Of a DNA stretch of 64,000 nucleotides, positions 18,387 through 27,204 are shown in pieces. Source of the DNA: Patescibacteria group bacterium (GTDB lineage: Bacteria > Patescibacteriota > Patescibacteriia > UBA10025 > JAHIVO01); the NCBI GenBank assembly GCA_049325535.1, contig JBMOKY010000001.1:221002-285001 (forward strand), written 5' to 3'. Every line of letters starts with the position of its first letter. The first letter of the stretch is position 1. Under the pieces are notes generated by a model, which saw only the letters and a list, made by a program, of their open reading frames with translations, was not told the origin of the DNA and did not search any database. A program made the position numbers and the translations under genes.

Positions 18387-19785
18387 TCCACCGTACAACC
18401 AACAGAAGGGAATCGTGCTGGTCTATGTCTTGCTCATCATTTTTATCATTACCGCGATCTCTATCACCATATCGGTGGTGATCATCAATGAACTGAAATT
18501 GACCAGCACCGCAGCTGATGCGACGCAAGCCTATTATGCCGCCGAGTCCGGTATCGAGCGCGGCCTGTTTACCATCAAACGCATGCGTGCCGATGGGACG
18601 CAAACGCTGCAGGATGCGGTAGCGGCTATTCAAGCGCTGCAGGATTCCCTGACCAATGGTACGACCTATGACGATGCCGACACGAGCGAACAAACCGCGG
18701 TAATCGAAAATCAGGCAATCGCCGAGAATCATTTTGTCCAGGCGGATTATTATGATTTTGAGGATCCGCTCGACCTGGATGCCACACCAAATCAGATCGC
18801 CCAATCACTCGTCATCACCAATACCGGCACAGATCCTGATTCCTGGGCCGAGGTTTCCTGGATTGCCTGGGGTCAGGACGGTACGCTCGGGGAATCGGTG
18901 GCCGCCCGGAAGCTGATCGGTCCGACGGATCTGGCCAATGGCTGGACGATTTCCGATTTGGACGTGTTTGATGAGATCGACCCGAGAGGATACCGCATCC
19001 GCATCAAAGCGCTCTTCGGGGATATCTCCCGCATTTCCGTCATTCCGTATGACAGCCTCGGTGATCGGGTGGAGTTGCCATCGCTGATTGAGGTAAAGTC
19101 AGTAGGCCAACGTTCATCATATAAACAAGCGCTGACGGCAACCGTTCCATGGAAGATTCCGTTGTTTGGGCTGTATGATTATGTACTGTTTAGCGAAGGG
19201 GATTTACTCAAAACTATTATCCTGAGCAATCCGACCTATAGTTCTGGTCCGATCCATGTGGAGGAAGCACTGGCGGAGGGTGCCTCATGTAATTCCTGTG
19301 GCATCTGCCAAACCACTGCCGGATGGCTGGCCCTGTCGTGTCTGTCTCCTGCCGGTGACCGGGCGCAGTGCGGCACGCTGAGTTCAGCAGATGGCTGCTC
19401 TATCAGTCCGATTGCCCCGGCGGAAATCTGGGGGTACCGTCTGCCCATACCATTGAGCGTCCCTGAGGGAGACGAATATTATGTGTCGCTGCGCATGTTC
19501 TATCAGGGTATCTCCAGCGGTCGGGATATCGCCGTGGAAATAAGCGGCCAGTCGTCGGTCATCGACGATCAGGCAGGGGGTCAAAATGGTGCGTGGAAGA
19601 CGTGCACTATTCCCGAATCGTTTCCGGTGGGATCTAGTACGCTTCCGGTGAGCGATCCGTCCCGGGTCATTCAGATCAGCGACCATCCGTATGGCGCCGC
19701 TGCCGGCGGGTGGATTGCAGGTGACAGCGTGTTTGTCGATTGGTATCAACTAAGTACGTTCAAACTATTCCAAGACTGCCAATAA
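18379..19785 (+). CDS. Minor pilin, PilX-like, with an extra Cys-rich and beta-sandwich C-terminal region
   Basis: QKG|IVLVYVL (no E5); AYYAAESGIERGL PilX_N motif; LYDYVLFS. Confidence 0.8.
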   Translation: MINPPYNQQKGIVLVYVLLIIFIITAISITISVVIINELKLTSTAADATQAYYAAESGIERGLFTIKRMRADGTQTLQDAVAAIQALQDSLTNGTTYDDADTSEQTAVIENQAIAENHFVQADYYDFEDPLDLDATPNQIAQSLVITNTGTDPDSWAEVSWIAWGQDGTLGESVAARKLIGPTDLANGWTISDLDVFDEIDPRGYRIRIKALFGDISRISVIPYDSLGDRVELPSLIEVKSVGQRSSYKQALTATVPWKIPLFGLYDYVLFSEGDLLKTIILSNPTYSSGPIHVEEALAEGASCNSCGICQTTAGWLALSCLSPAGDRAQCGTLSSADGCSISPIAPAEIWGYRLPIPLSVPEGDEYYVSLRMFYQGISSGRDIAVEISGQSSVIDDQAGGQNGAWKTCTIPESFPVGSSTLPVSDPSRVIQISDHPYGAAAGGWIAGDSVFVDWYQLSTFKLFQDCQ

Positions 19786-19788
19786 TCT

Positions 19789-21816
19789 ATGGACGCAGTA
19801 CGCGCACATGCGCGCATCAATCAGCTGAAACAGGAAATCAACCACCATCGCTATCAGTATCATGTGCTGGATCGGCAGGAGATTTCCGATGCGGCGCTCG
19901 ATTCCCTGAAACATGAATTACAGGAATTGGAAACGAAATTCCCCCAGTTTGTCACGCCCGATTCACCGACCCAGCGTGTCGGTGGCGAGCCGTCAGCTGA
20001 ATTTGCCAAGGTGGATCATGCGCGACCGATGCTGTCGCTCAACGATGTTTTTTCCCTGGATGAAGTGCGCGAGTGGGAAACTCGGATACGTAAATTAGTG
20101 CCTGCCGGGACGCAACTGGATTATTTTGCTGAACTAAAAATGGACGGGCTGGCTATTTCGCTCCTGTATCGAGAGGGTCGATTGGTACGCGCTGCGACCA
20201 GGGGCAACGGGCGAATCGGAGAAGATGTGACACAGAACGTAAAAACCATCGAAGCCATACCGTTGACGTTGGTGATCAATGCCGCGCCGGCGACGGTCCG
20301 TTCCCGCCTGCGCCAGGAAGTAGAAGTGCGCGGCGAGGTGTACATGGCCAAGGATACATTTGACCGGATCAATGCCGCTCAGGACCGTGCAGGCCAACCG
20401 CGCTATGCTAATCCTCGAAACATCGCGGCTGGTTCGGTGCGGCAGCTGGATTCCCGGGTGACCGCCTCGCGCCAATTACGTTTCATGGCATATGATCTGC
20501 CGACCGACTTGGGGCTGGCTACCCACCATGAGGTGCATGCCGTACTCAGTGCCATCGGATTTCGTGCAGGAGATCACAATCGGCGCTGCGCCAGCATCGA
20601 TGAAGTTGAACGATATCATGCTGAGATCGGCAGACTTCGGAAAAAATTTAATTATTGGTCTGACGGGATTGTGGTGACCGTGGATCACCTTGCCACGTTC
20701 ACGGCATTGGGTATAGTCGGCAAAGCCCCCCGCGGTGCCATCGCCTATAAATATCCGGCGGAGCAGGCCACAACCGTCGTTGAAGATATTCAGGTACAAG
20801 TAGGCCGAACGGGCGTACTCACCCCGGTGGCCCATTTACGGCCAGTGGCGGTAGCGGGTACCACGGTGTCGCGCGCCACCCTGCATAATGTCGATGAAAT
20901 CAAGCGGCTTGACGTGCGTATCGGAGATACGGTGGTGGTACAGAAGGCGGGAGATATCATCCCTGATATCGTCCAGGTACTGAGCACTATGCGTACCGGC
21001 ACTGAGCGGGAATTCCGTATGCCAAAACGGTGCCCCGTTTGTGATTCACCGGTGCAGCAGCAGGACGGCGAGGTAGCGTATTATTGTTCTAATCCACGCT
21101 GCTACGCACTGCAGCATGAACAACTGCGGCACTTCGTATCGAAAGCGGCGTTTGACATCGATGGCTTGGGGCCAAAGATTCTGGAACAGCTGGTGGCAGC
21201 TGATTTGGTAAAGTCACCCGCTGACTTATTTGACCTTACCAAAGAAGACGTAGCACCACTGGAGCGATTTGCGGATAAGTCGGCGGAAAATTTGATCCAG
21301 GCAATTAAAGCGGCCAGTAAAAATATCTCGTTACATCGTTACATTTATGCATTAGGAATTCGACATGTCGGTGAGGAGACGGCGCGTGTATTGGCGGACG
21401 AATATAAGTCACTGGGAGAATTAATGAATGCGTCGGAGGCACAGCTGCAAAAACTTCCCGATGTAGGTAATGTAGTCGCAAAAAGTGTTTTTGAGTATTT
21501 CAGGGACCCAATAAATAAGGAGCTGATGAAAAAACTTGAAAAACGAGTTACATGGGTTCATCGCTCTGGGCCAAAAATAATGACCGGCGCTCTTGCTGGT
21601 AAGCGGGTAGTTGTGACGGGCACATTCGATTTTGCTGGAAGAGAGGAGATTAAGGAAAAATTACGTGCGGCTGGGGCCAAGGTCTTGTCCAGTGTATCCA
21701 GTAAAACGGATTATGTTTTTGCGGGTGATGATCCGGGGAGTGAAAAAATCACTAAAGCGAAAGAATTAGGAATCCCCCTTCGTCGAGCAGCAGATCTTTG
21801 GTTATTGATTAGGTAA
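19789..21816 (+). CDS. ligA: NAD-dependent DNA ligase
   Basis: ELKMDG, TRGNG..GEDVT, EVRGE, C4 Zn finger, HhH and BRCT domains. Confidence 0.97.
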   Translation: MDAVRAHARINQLKQEINHHRYQYHVLDRQEISDAALDSLKHELQELETKFPQFVTPDSPTQRVGGEPSAEFAKVDHARPMLSLNDVFSLDEVREWETRIRKLVPAGTQLDYFAELKMDGLAISLLYREGRLVRAATRGNGRIGEDVTQNVKTIEAIPLTLVINAAPATVRSRLRQEVEVRGEVYMAKDTFDRINAAQDRAGQPRYANPRNIAAGSVRQLDSRVTASRQLRFMAYDLPTDLGLATHHEVHAVLSAIGFRAGDHNRRCASIDEVERYHAEIGRLRKKFNYWSDGIVVTVDHLATFTALGIVGKAPRGAIAYKYPAEQATTVVEDIQVQVGRTGVLTPVAHLRPVAVAGTTVSRATLHNVDEIKRLDVRIGDTVVVQKAGDIIPDIVQVLSTMRTGTEREFRMPKRCPVCDSPVQQQDGEVAYYCSNPRCYALQHEQLRHFVSKAAFDIDGLGPKILEQLVAADLVKSPADLFDLTKEDVAPLERFADKSAENLIQAIKAASKNISLHRYIYALGIRHVGEETARVLADEYKSLGELMNASEAQLQKLPDVGNVVAKSVFEYFRDPINKELMKKLEKRVTWVHRSGPKIMTGALAGKRVVVTGTFDFAGREEIKEKLRAAGAKVLSSVSSKTDYVFAGDDPGSEKITKAKELGIPLRRAADLWLLIR

Positions 21817-21855
21817 TTGTTTGTTCTGATTTCAGATGATATACTTAGGAACCAT

Positions 21856-22143
21856 ATGCAGCTGACCAAAGATGACATCGATAAATTAGCCGCTCTGGCA
21901 AAGATACGACTCACCGAGGATGAGGAGCGGGTTTTTGGCGAGCAACTTTCATCAATTTTGGACTACGCGCAGCAGGTAGACGACGTGGATACGAGCGGCG
22001 TGGAATTTTCATCAGCTATCGACTATCCGACTGGCCCGCTCCGGACTGATGAGCCGACATCGCCGGCTGGTCAATCAGCCAGTACCAGTCAATTCCCCGA
22101 GTCGACTGGTAATTTGAATAAAGTAAAAACAATTCTTGAGTAA
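21856..22143 (+). CDS. gatC: Glu/Asp-tRNA amidotransferase subunit C
   Basis: LAALAKI.L.E.E, ILDY, LRTD; directly upstream of gatA. Confidence 0.9.
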   Translation: MQLTKDDIDKLAALAKIRLTEDEERVFGEQLSSILDYAQQVDDVDTSGVEFSSAIDYPTGPLRTDEPTSPAGQSASTSQFPESTGNLNKVKTILE

Positions 22144-22144
22144 T

Positions 22145-23605
22145 ATGGCCGACCGACCGACTACTATCGTTGCGGCTCATCAGGCGCTCCGGAATAAATC
22201 ATTGTCCGCGCGTGAACTGACGCAGTCCTACCTCGATACCATCGCCCGGCGCGATGGTTCAATCGGCGCATATATTGACGTGTATCGGGAGTCGGCTCTG
22301 GCTGAGGCGGATATAGCTGATCAGCGTTTTGCCGACGGTTCAGCGACTGTACTCACCGGCATCCCGCTGGCACTCAAGGATCTGATCATAGTCGCCGGCC
22401 GCCGCTGTACCGCCGGGTCGAAGATGCTCGAGCACTATTCGGCCACGTACGATGCCACCATCGTGAGCAAGCTCAAAGCGGCCGGAGCGGTACTTCTCGG
22501 TAAGACGAGCTTGGATGAATTTGCCATGGGTTCATCGAATGAAAATACAGAATTTTCCCGAACCCGTAATCCCTGGGACACTACGCGCGTCCCGGGCGGT
22601 TCTTCCGGTGGTTCCGCGGCGGCAGTGGCAGCTGATGAGTGTCTAGCGGCGCTGGGGACGGACACGGGTGGTTCAGTTCGGCAGCCGGCATCATTTTGTG
22701 GTGTGGTTGGACTCAAACCCACCTATGGCCGCATGTCTCGCCATGGGGTCATTGCTATGACATCTTCGCTCGATCAGATCGGCCCACTGACAAAAACCGT
22801 TGCAGATGCTGCGCTGCTATTCAATGCACTTGCCGGTTACGATCCACTGGATGCCACTACCGGCCGTGATGCCGCTCCGGTGTCAATGGATGCATTAGAA
22901 CAGAGCGTCAAAGGGATGGCCATCGGCATACCGAAGGAATTTTTTATCGAGGGCATGGATCCGGAAGTGGAGCGGGGAATTGCCGCAGCGTGCGATACGT
23001 TGAAAGAGCTAGGTGCTACACTGGTCGAGGTCAGCCTGCCGCTCACCAAATATGCCCTGGCCGTCTATCAGCTGACCGTCACTTCCGAAGTGTCCTCAAA
23101 TCTGGCTCGATATGACGGGATGCGCTATGGCCTGTCGGTGCGGGAACCGGGCGCGCGGCTGGATGACGTGTACCGGCAGTCACGGGCGCAGGGATTTGGC
23201 AGCGAAGTAAAGCGTCGGGTCATCCTCGGCACCTTTGCCCTGTCCGCTGGCTACCAGCGGCGACTGTATGTCCAGGCGCAAAAAGTGCGCAGCATGATCA
23301 GTCGTGAATTCAGGGAGGTATTTGCAAAAGTAGACGCGCTGGTTTCTCCGACATCGCCGTCTGTCGCTTTCAAACAGGGAGAGAAACAGTCTGATCCGTT
23401 ACTCATGTATTTATCGGATATTTACACGGTTCCGGCGAATATCGGAGGGATTTGTGCTATTTCCGTGCCCGGGGGTTTTGCTCACGGCTTGCCCATTGGA
23501 TTGCAATTCATGGCGCGGCAGTTTGACGAAGCGACTCTTTTTCGACTTGCCCATCAGTATGAACAGGCGACCACGTGGCACGCACAGTGGCCGAAGCTTG
23601 ATTGA
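22145..23605 (+). CDS. gatA: Glu/Asp-tRNA amidotransferase subunit A
   Basis: Amidase signature GGSSGGS, GTDTGGSVRQPA, SSNLARYDG. Confidence 0.97.
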   Translation: MADRPTTIVAAHQALRNKSLSARELTQSYLDTIARRDGSIGAYIDVYRESALAEADIADQRFADGSATVLTGIPLALKDLIIVAGRRCTAGSKMLEHYSATYDATIVSKLKAAGAVLLGKTSLDEFAMGSSNENTEFSRTRNPWDTTRVPGGSSGGSAAAVAADECLAALGTDTGGSVRQPASFCGVVGLKPTYGRMSRHGVIAMTSSLDQIGPLTKTVADAALLFNALAGYDPLDATTGRDAAPVSMDALEQSVKGMAIGIPKEFFIEGMDPEVERGIAAACDTLKELGATLVEVSLPLTKYALAVYQLTVTSEVSSNLARYDGMRYGLSVREPGARLDDVYRQSRAQGFGSEVKRRVILGTFALSAGYQRRLYVQAQKVRSMISREFREVFAKVDALVSPTSPSVAFKQGEKQSDPLLMYLSDIYTVPANIGGICAISVPGGFAHGLPIGLQFMARQFDEATLFRLAHQYEQATTWHAQWPKLD

Positions 23606-23629
23606 CAGTTTGGCGGAATATTGTATACT
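23602..23629 (+). promoter_or_regulatory. Sigma70 promoter
   Basis: TTGACA-16nt-TATACT. Confidence 0.6.
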
Positions 23630-23658
23630 GATGGCACAAACTATTTTTTGTTACTCAT

Positions 23659-24057
23659 ATGGCAGCCGACACAACCACTAAAAAAATCATGCTGGTAGAA
23701 GATGATAAGATGCTGGCTGATATGTATGTCACCAAGTTTGAAAAGGAAGGCATGCCTATTTTGCGGGCGCATGATGGCGCGGAGGGTTTGGAAATGATTA
23801 AACGGGAAAAGCCGGATTTGGTGCTGCTCGACATCATCATGCCAAAACTGGATGGGTTTGCGGTTTTGAAAGAGATTAAAAAAAATCCCGAACTGAAAAA
23901 AACCCACGTACTACTCCTGACCAATCTCGGCCAGTCCGAAGATGTGACCAAGGGTCATGAGCTGGGGGCAGATGATTATTTTATAAAAGCCAACCATACT
24001 CCCGCGGAAATCGTAGAAAAGGTGAAGTATATGTTGGCGCAGATGGCTAAACAGTAA
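23659..24057 (+). CDS. Single-domain response regulator (receiver only)
   Basis: IMLVEDD, PDLVLLDIIMP, LTN, GADDYFIK. Confidence 0.92.
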   Translation: MAADTTTKKIMLVEDDKMLADMYVTKFEKEGMPILRAHDGAEGLEMIKREKPDLVLLDIIMPKLDGFAVLKEIKKNPELKKTHVLLLTNLGQSEDVTKGHELGADDYFIKANHTPAEIVEKVKYMLAQMAKQ

Positions 24058-24068
24058 CATATATTTCT

Positions 24069-24665
24069 ATGGCAACCGATCCTCGCACAGAACGCACGGT
24101 CGTTTTATTGAAACCTGATACCATAAAACGCGGTTTGGTGGGTGAGATTATCACCCGTTTTGAAAAGGCAGGTTTTAAGATAGCCGCTCTGAAGATGGTG
24201 TGGGTCGATGCGGCTTTGGTAGCAAAACATTATCCTGACGAAAAGGAATATTTGACTAAGGTCGGGGAGAAGACGCTAAAAACATATGCGGAATACGGCC
24301 GTGACCCGCGGGAGGAAATTGGCACCAAAGACGCTTATGAAATCGGGAAAATGGTGCGTCAGTGGAATATGGAATTTTTGAGTTCCGGGCCGGTGGTTGC
24401 CTTGTTGCTGCAGGGACTGCATGCGGTGGATGCGGTACGTATGATGGTGGGGCACACGTTGCCGCGTTTTGCGGAACCCGGCACGATCCGGGGTGACTTT
24501 TCGCTTGATTCTCCGATTTTAGCGAATCAGCAGAAGCGAACGATCAAGAACATGATTCACGCCTCGGGTACTGTCGAAGAAGCCAGTTTTGAGACACAGT
24601 TGTGGTTCAGGGAAAATGAAATTCACGAGTACAAACGGGCCGATGAGGATATTATGTTTGAATAA
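24069..24665 (+). CDS. ndk: Nucleoside diphosphate kinase (long form with insertion)
   Basis: ERT..LKPD..KRGLVGEII.RFE, SGPVV, PGTIRGDF, N.IHAS. Confidence 0.93.
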   Translation: MATDPRTERTVVLLKPDTIKRGLVGEIITRFEKAGFKIAALKMVWVDAALVAKHYPDEKEYLTKVGEKTLKTYAEYGRDPREEIGTKDAYEIGKMVRQWNMEFLSSGPVVALLLQGLHAVDAVRMMVGHTLPRFAEPGTIRGDFSLDSPILANQQKRTIKNMIHASGTVEEASFETQLWFRENEIHEYKRADEDIMFE

Positions 24666-24761
24666 CACAGGAAAATCCATTTTTATAAAAAGCAATCCCT
24701 GATGCCTTCCGTAAAGATAGTTACATCCTTCATCTAAAATGAATTTGGGATGCTGCATGTA

Positions 24762-24789
24762 TTGACAGCGATGGGAGCTGTGCTAGGAT
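24762..24789 (+). promoter_or_regulatory. Sigma70 promoter
   Basis: TTGACA-16nt-TAGGAT with TGn. Confidence 0.55.
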
Positions 24790-24804
24790 ATGGATAATCA
24801 CTAT

Positions 24805-24915
24805 ATGGCAATAGCAAAAATGGCCCAATTGAACGAAAAACGTTACACCATCACTGGTGCGGGTCTTGTTATCGTCATTATTATTCTCATGAGCGGCTTG
24901 TTGGCTAGCCTGTAG
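24805..24915 (+). CDS. 36-aa single-TM microprotein (not in the ORF track)
   Basis: MAIAKMAQLNEKRYTITGAGLVIVIIILMSGLLASL, bracketed by a promoter and a terminator. Confidence 0.5.
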   Translation: MAIAKMAQLNEKRYTITGAGLVIVIIILMSGLLASL

Positions 24916-24942
24916 TTTCGGTACATACTACCCCAAACGACA

Positions 24943-24970
24943 GTCGAGCCGACGAGCGGCTCGATTTTTG
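24943..24970 (+). terminator. Intrinsic terminator
   Basis: GTCGAGCCG-ACGAG-CGGCTCGAT plus T-tract. Confidence 0.7.
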
Positions 24971-25028
24971 ATATCGCTGGAAACAAAATAAAAAAACACA
25001 TAGATTTTTTACACTACGGAGGTTGTAT

Positions 25029-25229
25029 ATGGAGAAAACGGTTGCTTTTGAGACTGCCCGCCGGATGCTGGGCAAGACATGTCGTTCGTGCGTGAGACGG
25101 GGCAGCGCCCACCCGGGCACTATCCAGGTCCGGGTGGCTGATCTGGACGGGGAAATGGGCATTACCGAAGAGATCTTCTGTACCCGCTCAAATCCGTGCG
25201 GTTATCGGCGTCATGTGCGCCGTTTCTAG
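25029..25229 (+). CDS. Small putative zinc-ribbon protein (66 aa)
   Basis: GGAGG SD; CRSC...C-x5-CGY; followed by a terminator. Confidence 0.6.
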   Translation: MEKTVAFETARRMLGKTCRSCVRRGSAHPGTIQVRVADLDGEMGITEEIFCTRSNPCGYRRHVRRF

Positions 25230-25261
25230 TCATAGGGCTTCATCATCGATGGACGTCCTAC

Positions 25262-25292
25262 ACTCCCGCTACTGCTCGTAGCGGGAGTTTTT
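25262..25292 (+). terminator. Intrinsic terminator
   Basis: ACTCCCGCTAC-TGCTC-GTAGCGGGAGT plus TTTT. Confidence 0.8.
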
Positions 25293-25293
25293 A

Positions 25294-25321
25294 TTGACAG
25301 TCATTCTTAATATGCTACACT
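25294..25321 (+). promoter_or_regulatory. Sigma70 promoter
   Basis: TTGACA-16nt-TACACT with TGn. Confidence 0.55.
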
Positions 25322-25414
25322 GCTGATAATCTTTGTTTATGTCCATAGCCGGGATTGATTGATCGGCCAGGAAATAACAGCACCTTCTCACTTTTAGCCA
25401 TGGAGGCATCCCCC

Positions 25415-25678
25415 ATGTCCACGTCGTGCCAGAATTTTTTTATCCCGAGTACCGTAATTGAGAAAATCACATTTCACGAGCTCTGTTGTGCCATTACGAG
25501 CAATTGCGGTACGCAAACGCTCTACGTTCGGCGAGATGAGATTAATAACGGCCGCGTCTCCTTTGTCGCGGCAGAGGATATGGAGAAAGTACAGCGGGCA
25601 ATTCATAGCCCAAATGTCCGACTCGTTCTTTTCCCTGATACGAAGCAGCGTTTCGATCGCTGGTTTGCTCAGTTTTAG
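25415..25678 (+). CDS. Hypothetical small protein (87 aa)
   Basis: GGAGG SD upstream; lies between a promoter and a terminator. Confidence 0.55.
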   Translation: MSTSCQNFFIPSTVIEKITFHELCCAITSNCGTQTLYVRRDEINNGRVSFVAAEDMEKVQRAIHSPNVRLVLFPDTKQRFDRWFAQF

Positions 25679-25703
25679 CACTCAGATCGCCACTGTTTAC
25701 CGC

Positions 25704-25737
25704 CCGGGCGTTTACCAACTAACGCCCGGTCTTTTTA
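25704..25737 (+). terminator. Intrinsic terminator
   Basis: CCGGGCGTT...AACGCCCGG plus TCTTTTT. Confidence 0.7.
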
Positions 25738-25861
25738 TTTGCCAAAATGATATGAGTGAGTATAATGTGGATACCGTCGGTACGCGTTGACACTCCTCAC
25801 TATTTACTTCACTCGCGTGCGGGAATTCCGGTGCTTCATATTTGTACATCATAAGGTTTGT

Positions 25862-25935
25862 CGGGGATTGGCGCAGTTGGCTAGCGCGCATGCATGGGGT
25901 GCATGAGGCCGCCGGTTCAAGTCCGGCATCCCCGA
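25862..25935 (+). tRNA. tRNA-Pro(GGG), CCA not encoded
   Basis: Acceptor CGGGGAT/ATCCCCG; anticodon arm CATGC-ATGGGGT-GCATG; T-arm GCCGG-TTCAAGT-CCGGC. Confidence 0.96.
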
Positions 25936-25945
25936 TAAACTTTAG

Positions 25946-26069
25946 GATGATGTGTACCGGTCTGGTACCCAGATGGAGCGAGTGGCACGGTAAGATGCTA
26001 ACTTTGAGTTTCGTATCTCCGATTCCAGGATGATCAGATCGGTCCATGTCGCCCGGCACATCGTTTTTT
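25946..26069 (+). ncRNA. Candidate structured ncRNA directly downstream of tRNA-Pro (long irregular hairpin, possibly a reduced 6S RNA)
   Basis: GATGATGTGT/GCACATCGTT and ACCGGTCTGGT/ATCAGATCGGT stems; ends in a T-run. Confidence 0.35.
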
Positions 26070-26193
26070 AGCCTGGTACCTCGTACATATTCCGGCCGGT
26101 GCTGTATGGTCGTTTTTGTCTCCCCTGAAAGCCGTGATGTATGGTATAGTATAGACCAATCGCCGTTCCAATACCTTAAAATAACAATTATTC

Positions 26194-27192
26194 ATGGGTT
26201 CCATTCTTCCTTTTTTTGCCTTAGTCATATTATTATTTCTGTCCGCCTATACTGCCGCGTCAGAGGCGGCACTTCTGGCCGTGGGGCGAGTCAAAGTACG
26301 ATCATTCGTAAATGAAAAACGATGGGGAGCGATTGCCTTGCAGCGCCTGAAAGCCCGACCGAGAAGGATGATCATCACCACCCTGCTGGGTAATAATGTC
26401 GCTAATACCGGCGCGGCTGCGCTGGCTACCGTCCTAGCGAGCAACTATTTCGGTTCAGTCGGGATTGGGGTCGCCACCGGCGTATTGACGGTTCTGATTT
26501 TAATTTTCGGTGATATCATACCGAAATCCTTTGCCGCTCGGCACGCTGGGTATTTTGCGCTTCGATTGGCACCATCGGTGTATTGGATGGGGTATATCTT
26601 ATTCCCGTTTATCCGTTTTTTTGAATGGGTGACCAGTTTTGTCGACCGCCTGGTACTTGAGTCGCAGCACGACCGGATGACCGTCGCGGATATCCAATCC
26701 ATGGTACAGTTTGGCGTGGAAGAAAAGGTCGTACATCCGCATGAACAATTTATCATCAATCGTGCATTGACGTTTACCGATGGCACGGTCCGCGATGTCA
26801 TGATTCCCCTGGAAAAGGCATTTGTGCTGCCCAGTGATACAGAGTTGGAGGCCGGCTTCCGACAGATTATTGCCACGGGGTATTCGCGAGTCCCGATTTA
26901 TACCGGCGATCGACATCATATCGTCGGATTGGTACTGGTCAAGGATGTCGCACGAGAAATGGCTGAAGACTGGCCGCATGAGCGCTTAATCGAAATCGCC
27001 CGACCCCCGATCATGGTACTGGAGCATATGCAGATTGATTATCTGTTCCGGATTTTTCAGAAACAGCATATGCACATGGCTATTGTCTACAATCGCGAGC
27101 AGCGCGCCGTGGGTATCGTGACGCTCGAGGATTTGATCGAGGAGCTAGTCGGGGAAATCAATGACGAAAGCGATGAACAAACGTCTCATTAG
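26194..27192 (+). CDS. CNNM (DUF21) plus CBS-pair membrane protein (CorC/HlyC-like)
   Basis: SEAALL, GNNVAN, FGDIIPKS, GYSRVPIY, GIVTLEDLIEELVGEI. Confidence 0.92.
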   Translation: MGSILPFFALVILLFLSAYTAASEAALLAVGRVKVRSFVNEKRWGAIALQRLKARPRRMIITTLLGNNVANTGAAALATVLASNYFGSVGIGVATGVLTVLILIFGDIIPKSFAARHAGYFALRLAPSVYWMGYILFPFIRFFEWVTSFVDRLVLESQHDRMTVADIQSMVQFGVEEKVVHPHEQFIINRALTFTDGTVRDVMIPLEKAFVLPSDTELEAGFRQIIATGYSRVPIYTGDRHHIVGLVLVKDVAREMAEDWPHERLIEIARPPIMVLEHMQIDYLFRIFQKQHMHMAIVYNREQRAVGIVTLEDLIEELVGEINDESDEQTSH

Positions 27193-27204
27193 CCATTGCC
27201 ACGT

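Noticed and set aside
24700-26100. Integrated element at tRNA-Pro
   Set aside because: No integrase and no duplicated tRNA 3' end (att site) seen.
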